Shown here: piece after piece, positions 27,782 to 37,078 of the stretch
Layout: each line of letters begins with the position of its first letter
Numbering within the stretch: position 1 is the first letter of the stretch
Assembly (NCBI GenBank): GCA_038116915.1
Contig: JAYOEU010000002.1
Location: forward strand, 67,231 to 131,230
Reading direction: 5' to 3'
DNA length: 64,000 nucleotides
Source: Alphaproteobacteria bacterium
GTDB lineage: Bacteria; Pseudomonadota; Alphaproteobacteria; Thalassobaculales; Thalassobaculaceae
Notes under the pieces: generated by a model
Database searches by the model: none
Told to the model about the DNA's origin: nothing
What the model saw: only the letters and a program-made list of their open reading frames with translations
Position numbers and translations under genes: made by a program

Positions 27782-30700
27782 TCAGAACTTCCCGATGAAG
27801 TCCCGCACGGCCTTGAATTCCCGGTCCAGCGCCGCGCGCAGACCGGTACAGGTCGAGAAATCCCCGTCCTGTCCGGCTTGTTCGATCTTTTGCGCCAGCA
27901 GGCCGATCCGTTCGACCCCGATGGCGTTCGCGGCGCCCTTCAGCCCATGACCGGACTTCTCGAGTGCCGCCGCATCGGCGCTTTGCAGGGCCGTGTCGAT
28001 TTCCCCGATCAGGCGGTCCGCATTCCGCAGAAAAAGGTCCATCATTTCCCGCATGCCCTCCCGATCATCTTCGAAGAGTTCTTCGAGGATCGCCAGATCG
28101 ATGAGTGCCGACCCGGTTTCCGGCTCCCTTGTGCCGCTCGCGTGTGAAGTCTGACGGGTGAGGTCGGGCGGCCCGGCCATCGGCTCCTCCGTTTCGGGAA
28201 GCCAGCGCAATATCGTTTGCCGCAATCTCTTCAAGCCGACGGGCTTGGAAAGATAGTCATCCATGCCGGCATTGAGGCATCGTTCCGCCTCACCGGCCAG
28301 CGCATTGGCTGTCAGGGCCACGATCGGTGTATGGGTGCCGAGGTCCCGTTCGACATCCCGGATCTTCCGGGTCAACTCGAATCCGTCGATGTTCGGCATG
28401 TGGCAATCCGTTACCACGAGCCCATACGTTCTCTTGGACCGCATATCGAATGCGTAGGCGCCGTCTTCGGCCACTTCGGCGGCAAAACCCAGCAGATTCA
28501 GTTGCCGTAGAACCATCTCGCGGTTGGTCGCGTTGTCTTCGGCAACCAGGATCAGCCGGCCTTGGGCAAGTGCATCTTCAAGCGCGGGAGGCTCGATCGC
28601 CACGCCGGTCCCGTCCTCCTCGATAGACGGAAGATCGGGGCTCGATCGACCGAGCACGGCGGCTACCGATTTCAACAGCGACTCGCGCCGGATCGGGCGA
28701 ACAAGGTCGATCGTCGGCGCGGCTGCGCCTTCTCGAGGTGGTTTTGCGATCACCCGGATCTTGCGTGCGGACGGGAAATCCGCCGGGGAATTGAACTGCT
28801 GTGCGAGGGCGCCTAGACCGTCACCGTGCATCCGGCAATCAAGGACAAGAACATGGTGGTCGTGGTGCCTCGCCTCTTTGGCCGCGTCGGTCAAGGTGTC
28901 CTTTGCAACCACGATACACCCCGCTGCGGTAAGCAGTGAGGTGATCATCGCGCGAACCGGCTCACTCTGTTCGACCACCAGGACCGAGATGTCGGAAAGA
29001 TCGATGTTTTCGGCAGCGGCGGGACCGGGCTGATCGGGTGCACGGGCCGGCACTGTGAACCAGAAGACCGAGCCTTCGCCCTCACGGCTTTCCACGCCGA
29101 TACTGCCCTCCATCAGTTCCACCAGACGCGCGCAGATCGACAGCCCGAGACCCGTGCCCCCGAAGCGGCGTGTGGTTGATGTTTCCGCCTGGCTGAAGGC
29201 CTGGAAAAGCCCTGCCTGACGTTCGACCGAGATGCCTATGCCGGTATCCTGTATTTCAAACCGGATCGCGGGCTCCGGTTTAGCCGTGTCGATCTTGACG
29301 GAAACACGGATCCAGCCTGATTCGGTGAACTTGATTGCATTGCCGATGAGGTTGAGGAGGATCTGCCGCAGACGCGTCGGGTCGCCGATGATGGTTGCCG
29401 GCACCGCCTCGTCGATCAGCAGTGCAAGCTCCAGGCTCTTGGCTTCGATATCCGGAGTGACGATCTCCAGAACACTCTCCGAAATTGGTCGGGGGTGAAC
29501 GGCCACGGCTTCAAGTTCCATCCTGCCGGCCTCGATCTTCGAGAAATCGAGGATATCGTCGATGATCGTCAAAAGGGCGACGGCGGAGTCCTGTATCGTG
29601 CGGGTGATTGAGCGTTGATCGTCGGTGAGCGGCGACTATTGCAGCACCTCGATCATCCCGAGCACGCCGTTCATCGGCGTGCGGATCTCATGGCTCATGG
29701 CGGCCAGGAAGCTCGACTTGGCGCGGCTCGCCGCCTCGGCTTCCTCCTTGGCGGATTGCAGGACCGATTCCATTCGGACCCGTTCGTCTATGTCATAGGT
29801 CCAGGTGAGGATTGCGCGCTCGCCCTGAAATTCGATCATCTCACCGCTGATCAGCCCCCAGAAGGTCGATTCGTCGGGCCGGACAAGCCTTACCAGTTCG
29901 TCATTGAAGCGGCCGGATGACGAAAGGGCTTTGAGCAATTGAGCTCTTTGCTCCGGGTCGTCCACCAGCGTCGCCGCATTGACGCCTTCCAGTTCAGCCT
30001 CATCCAGACCATAGACTTCGACATAGCGGCTATTGGCGAACAGGATTTCACCGGTTCGGCGAAGCACCCCGACACCGATGGGGCTGCTTTCGAGAAGGCC
30101 GCGCAGACGCGCTTCACTGGCCCGGACCTCCTCCTCGGCCTGTTTGCTTTGGGTGATGTCCGTGTGCCAGACGACACGTGCCGGCTCGCCTTCAAAGATG
30201 ACCTGCACGTTGTTGTGCAGAGCCCACCAGACGCCGCCATCCATACGCCGGCGCGGCGCGACGAAATTGACCAGGGGTTCGCGGCCCGAACCCTTTTCCA
30301 AGGCGTTGTGATAGTCCTCGGGATTGACCCAGGAGTCCTCGACCGAAGCCTTGGTCAGCTCGTCCGCGTCCTTGGCGCCGAACTGATCTATCAGGGCCTT
30401 GTTCACGAAGACCCGCCGGCCGGTCCATGCCGAGAGGACCGACACGCCGATCGGACTTGCCTCCAGGATCGCCGCAAGACGCCGTTCGCTTTCCGTCAAG
30501 GCGTCACGCGCCGTTTCGGCGGATGTAACAAGCTGCTCCACTTCGAGACGATGGCGGATGCCGTCCCGCAAGATTCCGCGCCAAACCACACCGAAGTATA
30601 AGGAACCTACCAAGGCCAGGCCGATCAGACCGGCGATCGCCATGTGGCCGGCGTCGCCCGAAACCGCGCATAAGACTGTTAATGGCGCCGCCAATGCGAT

Positions 30701-31156
30701 CGCATGGGCGCGGTGCGCGGGTGGATGGGAAAAGAGTGAGCCGAGGGCCGCCAGCAGCAGTCCGACACTTACCAGGGCCAGGGAAATCGCGGTGACCGGG
30801 TCTCGGTGCTCGAAGAACAAGCCGGCGAGCGCTCCCCAGCAGAGGCCGGAAAGCAGCGCCATTCCCGTCATCCGGAAAGCCCATTTACGGATCGCTTCGG
30901 AATCCGCGGAACCCGGCTCGAACACTCGGCCGATCAGCAATCTCAAAACCAGAACCGCAGCGGTGATACCGGCCCAGATCGTCAACTGATTCTGGTCCAC
31001 GCGATCCCAAAGCAGAACCGGCACCGAAAGGAGGGCGGCCGACTCGCCGAGCAAGGCGATAAGGGCGCGGCGATGAAGAACGCGGATCAGCTCATCGGCG
31101 ATCCGTCCGTCCGTATCCGATGCGCCGCCTTGCGCCGGTTTCAGATCGCTCGTCAT
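27782..31156 (-). pseudogene. hybrid sensor histidine kinase / response regulator with Hpt domain, interrupted by one in-frame TAG
   Basis: The same-frame ORFs 29636..31156(-) and 27782..29572(-) are separated by a single TAG (29636-29638) plus 21 sense codons. The merged product has about 6 TM segments, 2 PAS-like regions, the H-box [14 protein letters not shown], an HATPase_c domain ([22 protein letters not shown]), a REC-like domain, a REC domain (ILVAEDNATNREM...VTDCHMPNIDG...SKP) and a C-terminal Hpt domain (SGHGLKGAA). Confidence 0.8.
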
Positions 31157-31245
31157 CCGTGCATCCCGAAGTCTCGGACGGACTATGCCCGATATTGCCC
31201 GGACCTGTCAGGTCGGCACGACCACCTGGGGAAGTCTCGCGGCCG

Positions 31246-32037
31246 TTATATGGCCCGGGTCGGCTTGCCGGGGATGTGGTCGTAGAGGGAATCCACGAAA
31301 CCGCCATCGATCAGCAGGTTCTGCCCTGTCATGTACTCCGCCGCCGGAGAAAGCAGGAAACCGATGACATTGGCGATATCCTCCGGCTCTCCGACCCGGC
31401 CCCAGGGAACCAGGGCCGCGCGGTCCTTGGCGATCTGATTATTCTCGTAGACCTTCTTGGTGAGCGGGGTGCGGATCATGCCCGGGGCCACGGTATGGAC
31501 ATTGATGTGGTCGGGGGCCCATTCCTGGGCCAGCACCTGGCAGAGCGAGATCAGCGCGGCCTTGCTTGGACTATAGGCGCCCATGCCGGGATGCGCGCCC
31601 ATGCCGGACATCGAGGACACCGCCACCAGTCCGCCTTTGGAGGCCTTGAGCGCCGGATAGGCGGCCTGGGCAAGCAACAGGGTCGCGCGGGTGTTAACCG
31701 CCATGATCTTGTCCCACTGGTCGATCGCGAGATCGTTCAGCGGTGCAGGGCTGGTGATGCCGGCATTGCTGACCACGGCGTCGAGCCCGCCGAAACGCTC
31801 CACCGCCTTGGCGACCATGGCGCCGGCATCGGTGGTGTTGCCGAGATCGCCGGTCAGGACGAGCACCTCGGCCCCCGCCTCGCGCAATTCCTCGGCGAGC
31901 GCCGTAACCTCGTCGGTCGCGCGGATCTCGCAGGCGGCGATCCTGGGCTTCTCGCCGCGGTCCAGCGCCATTTTGGTCAGGACCCGGCAGGTGGCGCCGC
32001 CGATCCCGGGACTGGCGCCGGTCACCAATGCGCGCAT
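31246..32037 (-). CDS. SDR family oxidoreductase
   Basis: Contains MRALVTGASPGIGGAT, NAG and YSPSK motifs. 263 aa. Confidence 0.85.
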   Translation of the reverse strand: MRALVTGASPGIGGATCRVLTKMALDRGEKPRIAACEIRATDEVTALAEELREAGAEVLVLTGDLGNTTDAGAMVAKAVERFGGLDAVVSNAGITSPAPLNDLAIDQWDKIMAVNTRATLLLAQAAYPALKASKGGLVAVSSMSGMGAHPGMGAYSPSKAALISLCQVLAQEWAPDHINVHTVAPGMIRTPLTKKVYENNQIAKDRAALVPWGRVGEPEDIANVIGFLLSPAAEYMTGQNLLIDGGFVDSLYDHIPGKPTRAI

Positions 32038-32064
32038 GTTCTTTCTCCTTGCGAGGGTTGTCCT

Positions 32065-33294
32065 TCAGTCCGCGGCGCTGGCGGCGGCATTGCGCTCCGC
32101 CAGTTCGCCATATCGGTTCTCGGGCATCTTGATCTCTCCAAGCCTCGGCATGACCTCGTCGGCGAAGAGCTTCAAGTTGGCGCAGGTCTCTTCGTAGGAC
32201 AGCGTGCCGCCCTGGCCCATGATGATCAGGTTGCCGAAGCCGCCGACCTCTTCGTTGAAGGTCTTGATCTGATCGAAAACCTGATCCGGCGTGCCGGCGA
32301 AAACGGTGCGCGCGTCCATGAATTCCTGCACCGTCGCCTTGGTCGGATCGATGGTGCGGCCGTCGACGGTCTGGACCCGGGCCACGCTCTGGGTCGGCCC
32401 AGCCTTCAGCATCGCCACATTGGCCGGCACGGGGTTGTAGCCCGGCGGGTTCTTGAACGGCTCGGACACGATGGGCGAGGTGCGGACATAGCCGGCGACC
32501 TGATTGGCCCGGCGCCGCCCTTCTTCCTCGGTGTTGCCGACGCCGACCAGCACGCAATAGGCGAAGCGGTCATTGGGCGCCGCCCAGCCCTGCTCCGCCG
32601 CCCGCTCGCGATAGGCGTTGAACATTCCCGACGCGATGCCGCCCGACAACAACGCGGCGGCGACATGGCCCCGCTCGGCGATCGCCCGCCCGCTGTTCGG
32701 GCTGAGCGCGGTGATCCAGACCGGCGGATGCGGCTGTTGCCAGGGCCGCGGCCAGATATTCACCTGGCGGTAATGGTAGTTCTCGCTTTCCCAATTGAAC
32801 GGGCCGTCATGGGTGCTCATGGCCTTCAGGATCAGGTCATGCGCTTCCCAGAACCGGTCCATGAGCCGGGCCGGGTTCATGTTTGCGGGGGCGATTTCGT
32901 ACGGCGCTCCCTTGACCAGTCCCATCTCGAGGCGACCGCGTGAGATCACGTCGATCATCGCCATTTCCTCAGCCACACGGATCGGGTCCGGACGGTTGGC
33001 GATCGGAGTGCCGAGCAGCAGGATACGGACATTCTTGGTGATCCGCGCCAGGATCGAGCCCGACACCGTCACCGCCGCGTTGGTGCAGGTGAGCGTGCTG
33101 TGATGCTCGTTCAGCATGATGTTGATGCCGAGCTCGTCGCAGAGCTGAAACTCGTCATAGTGGCGGTGATAGACATCGGCGCCGATCTGCGGATCGTAGA
33201 GTTTGTTCGGGACCGTTACCCGGAAAGTGCCGCGCTGGTAGCCCTCGTCCCAGGCCTGCGGATAGGCCATCTCGGAAAAATGCCAGACCTTCAT
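32065..33294 (-). CDS. LLM-class (luciferase-like) flavin-dependent oxidoreductase
   Basis: MKVWHFSEMAYPQAW...INIMLNEHHST... is typical of luciferase-like monooxygenases. 409 aa. Confidence 0.8.
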   Translation of the reverse strand: MKVWHFSEMAYPQAWDEGYQRGTFRVTVPNKLYDPQIGADVYHRHYDEFQLCDELGINIMLNEHHSTLTCTNAAVTVSGSILARITKNVRILLLGTPIANRPDPIRVAEEMAMIDVISRGRLEMGLVKGAPYEIAPANMNPARLMDRFWEAHDLILKAMSTHDGPFNWESENYHYRQVNIWPRPWQQPHPPVWITALSPNSGRAIAERGHVAAALLSGGIASGMFNAYRERAAEQGWAAPNDRFAYCVLVGVGNTEEEGRRRANQVAGYVRTSPIVSEPFKNPPGYNPVPANVAMLKAGPTQSVARVQTVDGRTIDPTKATVQEFMDARTVFAGTPDQVFDQIKTFNEEVGGFGNLIIMGQGGTLSYEETCANLKLFADEVMPRLGEIKMPENRYGELAERNAAASAAD

Positions 33295-33308
33295 GTCCTC
33301 GGCTCCTC

Positions 33309-34094
33309 CTATTTGGTGCCGCCGGCAAATTCGGCGACGAGCGACGCCGTTTCCTCCGGCCGCTCCAGGCCGGGATAGTGTCCGGCGCCGGCGACGGTCG
33401 CAAACCGGGCGCCGGGTATGGCGGCGGCGAATTGCCGGCCGTAGTCGGTCGAGACCATCGCGTCCTTCTCGCCCCAGATCACCTGGGTCGGCACGTCGAT
33501 CCGATGCAGCCAGCGACGCAGCCGCGGATTGTGCATGTAGGGTTTCCAGCCGAACAGGACGATGGCTTCGCTCATCCGGACCACGGCGGTCAGGTCGTCA
33601 TCGCTCATTCCCGTCGTATCCAGGCGAAACCGCTCCGGATCGGCATAGAGAGTGCGGTTCACATCGTCCGGATACAGGGCGTGTATATCGGTAATCTCGC
33701 GGGTCAGGTGGTCGGCGAACTTCGCGCCGACCGACCCGATCAACGTCAGATTGCGGAGCCGGTGGGTCGAACGGATCGCCATTTCCGCCGCTACCCAGCC
33801 GCCGAAGCCGGCACCGACCAGGCTGACATTCTCCACTTTCATCGCGTCCAGAAGGTCGAGCCCGAAATACGCCAGGTCATCGATCGCGGTATAGGCCCTC
33901 GGCAACTCGGAATGTCCGAAACCCGGCAGCCAGGGCGCGATGACCCGGTGCGTCGCCGACAATGTCTCAAGGAACGGCTCGAACCCGAAATGGCCGCGCC
34001 CGCCGTGCAGATACAGGATCACCGGTCCGTCTCCGATATCCACCAGATCGGTCGCGACGCCGGAGATCTCGACGCGTTTCGTCGCCAGGCTCAT
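33309..34094 (-). CDS. alpha/beta fold hydrolase
   Basis: Trimmed to MSLATKRVEISGVATDLVDIGDGPVILYLHGG. Has the nucleophile elbow VGAGFGG and a C-terminal AGHYP motif. 261 aa. Confidence 0.8.
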   Translation of the reverse strand: MSLATKRVEISGVATDLVDIGDGPVILYLHGGRGHFGFEPFLETLSATHRVIAPWLPGFGHSELPRAYTAIDDLAYFGLDLLDAMKVENVSLVGAGFGGWVAAEMAIRSTHRLRNLTLIGSVGAKFADHLTREITDIHALYPDDVNRTLYADPERFRLDTTGMSDDDLTAVVRMSEAIVLFGWKPYMHNPRLRRWLHRIDVPTQVIWGEKDAMVSTDYGRQFAAAIPGARFATVAGAGHYPGLERPEETASLVAEFAGGTK

Positions 34095-34252
34095 GGCTGA
34101 TTCCCTCCCGAACGCCGCCATCATCCCGTGGAAACGGGCGACGGGGTAGGGGGCGTTGGGAAGCATCACCAGAGTGATCGCCCAGGTCTCCGCGATGGTG
34201 TCGCCCGTGGAACAGAATTATTCGCCTTGACAGCAAGACGAGAGTTCTTATC

Positions 34253-34284
34253 ATCAAGACATAAAGCTATCTTTATATCCTGAT
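34253..34284. promoter_or_regulatory. 32-bp imperfect palindrome, candidate operator of the ArsR/SahR-like regulator
   Basis: ATCAAGACATAAAGCT|ATCTTTATATCCTGAT matches at 13 of 16 arm positions and ends 7 nt before the regulator start codon. TTGACA at 34227-34232 with a 17-nt spacer to ATCATC could be the promoter it overlaps. Confidence 0.4.
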
Positions 34285-34290
34285 TGGAAT

Positions 34291-35262
34291 GTGATGGATC
34301 AGCTGATGCAGGGCCTCCGCGCGACGGCCGAGCCGACCCGGCTTCGGATCCTGGCGCTGTGCGGGCATGCCGAACTGTCGGTAACCGAGCTGGTCAGCAT
34401 CCTGGCGCAGAGCCAGCCGCGCGTCTCCCGGCATCTGAAGCTGCTGGTCGAGGCAGGCCTGCTTGACCGCAATCAGGAAGGCAGCCGCGCCTACTATCGC
34501 CCGGCGAGTGCCGGCGCCGGCGCCGGCCTCGGCCAATTGCTGGTCGATCTGATACCCGAGGACGACTCGACTCTGGCGCTCGATCTTTCGCGTCTCGAAC
34601 GCATCAAGGAAGAGCGCTCGCGGCTGGCGGAGGATTATTTCCGCCGCAATGCAGGAAGCTGGGAAGAGATCCGCGGTCTTTATGTGGACGACAAGCGGGT
34701 CGATGAGGCCCTGAACGAAATCATTCGTGAACGCCCTGTCGGTGACCTGTTGGATATCGGAACCGGAACCGGACGGGTTTTGCGGCTTGCCGGAGGCCAT
34801 GTCACCTCTGCCATCGGGATCGATAATTCCCGCGACATGCTGGCCGTGGCGCGGGCGAATCTCGATCAAGACGGTCTGAGAAACTGCCAGGTGCGGCATG
34901 CCGATATGTATCGCCTGCCGTTCGCGGAGGATCGGTTCGATCTGATCACGGCGAACATGCTGATGCACTATGCCGACGAGCCCGAGACCTTGCTGGCCGA
35001 GGGCATGCGGGTGCTGCGCCCCGGTGGTCGGCTGATCGTGATTGATTTCGCGCCGCATGGGATTGCCGAATTGCGCGAGGATCACGCCCATCGCTGGCTC
35101 GGCTTCTCGGAAGCACAGATGCGCCGCTGGTTCGACGCCATCGGGCTCGATTGCGGTACCCCCACTTACCTCGAGGGTGATCCACTGACGGTCTGCATCT
35201 GGATTGCCCGCAAAGCCGCCCGGCCGGCCAATGACCGGATTTCCTCGACGGAGGCCTCGTGA
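34291..35262 (+). CDS. sahR: ArsR-family wHTH regulator fused to a SAM-methyltransferase-like domain (SahR-type)
   Basis: An N-terminal LRILALCGHAELSVTELVSILAQSQPRVSRHLKLLVEAGLL (ArsR HTH) is joined to LLDIGTGTGRVL...VLRPGGRLIVIDF (class I MTase fold). This architecture, and the position directly upstream of metF/metH, match the SAH-responsive SahR regulators described in Proteobacteria. Confidence 0.65.
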   Translation: MMDQLMQGLRATAEPTRLRILALCGHAELSVTELVSILAQSQPRVSRHLKLLVEAGLLDRNQEGSRAYYRPASAGAGAGLGQLLVDLIPEDDSTLALDLSRLERIKEERSRLAEDYFRRNAGSWEEIRGLYVDDKRVDEALNEIIRERPVGDLLDIGTGTGRVLRLAGGHVTSAIGIDNSRDMLAVARANLDQDGLRNCQVRHADMYRLPFAEDRFDLITANMLMHYADEPETLLAEGMRVLRPGGRLIVIDFAPHGIAELREDHAHRWLGFSEAQMRRWFDAIGLDCGTPTYLEGDPLTVCIWIARKAARPANDRISSTEAS

Positions 35263-36128
35263 TGAGCGACGCATCAAGAGTCAGTTTCGAGATCTTCCCG
35301 CCCGCCGGAGCCGTAAGCGAGGACGCTTTGTGGCGGACCGTAGCCCGACTGGAAAGCCTGAACCCGGCCTTCGTGTCGGTCACCTATGGGGCCGGCGGAT
35401 CGACTCAGGAACGTTCCACCGCGATCCTCGACCGCCTGGTCGCGACCACACGGCTCGACGCGGCGGCGCATATTACCTGTGTCGGGCGGTCACGCGCCGA
35501 GATCGATGCGATCGCGGCCGACTGGGCGAGCCGGAATATCCGCCGCATCGTCGCGCTGCGCGGCGACCCAACCGACGGATCCGGAGGCTATCAGCCCCAC
35601 CCCGACGGTTACCGGGACGCGGCGGATCTGGTCGCCGGTTTGCGCCGGGTCGCGGATTTCGACATCGCAGTCGGCGCCTATCCCGAGACCCATCCCGATG
35701 CCGCGTCGCCTGAGGCCGATCTGGACAATCTGAAGCGCAAGCTGGATGCGGGTGCCAGTACCGCAATCACGCAGTTCTTCTTCGATGCCGACACCTATCT
35801 GCGGTTCCGCGACCGGGTCGTTGCGGCCGGCATCACCCAGCGCATCGTCCCGGGCATTCTGCCGGTCACGAATTTCGCCAAGGTCGTGTCCTTCAGCGAA
35901 CGCTGCGGGGCGACGGTTCCGGTCTGGATGCGGGAGCTGTTCGACGGACTTGACGATGACGAGGAGACGCGGCGTCTGGTTGCGGCCTCCACGGTCTGCG
36001 ACCTGTGCAACGCGTTGAAACGCGAAGGCGTATTGGATTTCCACATCTACACGCTGAATCGGGCGGAATTGTCGATGGCGATCTGCCGCCGGCTGGGTCT
36101 GCGTCCCAAGTTGGATGCCGCGGCATGA
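35259..36128 (+). CDS. metF: methylenetetrahydrofolate reductase
   Basis: SFEIFPPAGAVSEDALWRTVARLESLNPAFVSVTYGAGGSTQERS is canonical MetF. The GTG 35259 / ATG 35262 start overlaps the upstream TGA. Confidence 0.9.
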   Translation: MMSDASRVSFEIFPPAGAVSEDALWRTVARLESLNPAFVSVTYGAGGSTQERSTAILDRLVATTRLDAAAHITCVGRSRAEIDAIAADWASRNIRRIVALRGDPTDGSGGYQPHPDGYRDAADLVAGLRRVADFDIAVGAYPETHPDAASPEADLDNLKRKLDAGASTAITQFFFDADTYLRFRDRVVAAGITQRIVPGILPVTNFAKVVSFSERCGATVPVWMRELFDGLDDDEETRRLVAASTVCDLCNALKREGVLDFHIYTLNRAELSMAICRRLGLRPKLDAAA

Positions 36129-37078
36129 ATTGCCTCAACGGCAACAGGACACAAAAAAGGGCTCCGCGACTTTCGACCGGGATAGCGGTCGCCGGCGGGA
36201 TTCAACCGGGCCATCCCGGAGGCTGTGTCGAAGCGCTGAATATCACCGCGCCTAAGCAGGTTGCGGCCATGCATGGCAGGATGCTGAGGGCCGGCGCGCG
36301 GCTGCTGTTCACCAATACCGCCGGCGCGGCGCCCCAGGTGCTCGACCGCTACCGCATGCATGACGAGGCATTCGCCATCAGTTACCTGGCGGCGGAAATC
36401 GCGTGCCGTGCTGTTCGGGAAAATGCCAGCGGGGAAAACCGAGCCCGCGTGGTCGGAAACGTCAGATTACCCTGGTGGCTGCCGGTTCACGGCTATCTGA
36501 CCGGCGCCGAGGTGGAGGCTGCGGCTGCGGCCATGGTCTCGGCGCAGATTGCCGGCGGCGTGGATGCGATCCATCTTTCCTGCGCGGGGCATCCTGCCCA
36601 CGTGGCTGCGGCCTTCTCCGGCCTGCGTGCCGGCTTGGCCGAGGCGGGCCGCAAGGTGCCGGTCTATGCGAACGTCCGAGAAGATGTGGAGGACGAGCCC
36701 GAAAATCCGGAGGAAATTCGGCGCAGAAGCATTTCAAGCGCGGTGCTGGCCCATTCACTGGGAGCGTCGGCGCTGGCGGTCAGCGTCGATGAAGGCTTCG
36801 GCGGCGCGTCGATGCGGCTTGCGGAACTCGCACGCTGTTTCGATGCGGCCTTGTTTGTTCCGCCCGGAGCTTCGGAGGACGCGGTGCGGCGCTGTCTACT
36901 TCACCCCTCCATCGGTCCCCGGCTCACCTTCGTCGGAACCACCCGGCCCGCCGAGGCATGGCGCTTGAGCCGGTTCGTTCCTGCCGCCGCGGCAGCGCAA
37001 TGGCGCGTGCGGAACGCGGCGAATCGGAACGAGGCCGGCGCGCGTCCAAACATCGCGAGACGCGGAGCCGCCGGATGA
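36125..37078 (+). CDS. degenerate homocysteine S-methyltransferase-domain paralogue lacking the Zn-ligand cysteines
   Basis: Track ORF 36005..37078 trimmed to the ATG at 36125 (ATGA overlap with metF). The stop overlaps the next start (ATGA at 37075). By eye it aligns with the adjacent genuine Hcy module (LLFTNTAGA vs ILETNTFTA; [12 protein letters not shown] vs [11 protein letters not shown]; FVGTTRP vs VGGCCGTTP). Confidence 0.55.
   Translation: MNCLNGNRTQKRAPRLSTGIAVAGGIQPGHPGGCVEALNITAPKQVAAMHGRMLRAGARLLFTNTAGAAPQVLDRYRMHDEAFAISYLAAEIACRAVRENASGENRARVVGNVRLPWWLPVHGYLTGAEVEAAAAAMVSAQIAGGVDAIHLSCAGHPAHVAAAFSGLRAGLAEAGRKVPVYANVREDVEDEPENPEEIRRRSISSAVLAHSLGASALAVSVDEGFGGASMRLAELARCFDAALFVPPGASEDAVRRCLLHPSIGPRLTFVGTTRPAEAWRLSRFVPAAAAAQWRVRNAANRNEAGARPNIARRGAAG

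Noticed and set aside
29636-29638. The in-frame TAG as a programmed recoding event (pyrrolysine or regulated read-through).
   Set aside because: No pyl genes or recoding signals are visible in the window, and such recoding is not known in this lineage. A nonsense mutation or sequence error is far more likely.
36005-36124. Upstream extension of the pseudo-Hcy ORF (track start 36005), overlapping metF.
   Set aside because: It overlaps the well-supported 3' end of metF in another frame. The ATG at 36125 gives the ATGA coupling seen at every other junction of the operon.
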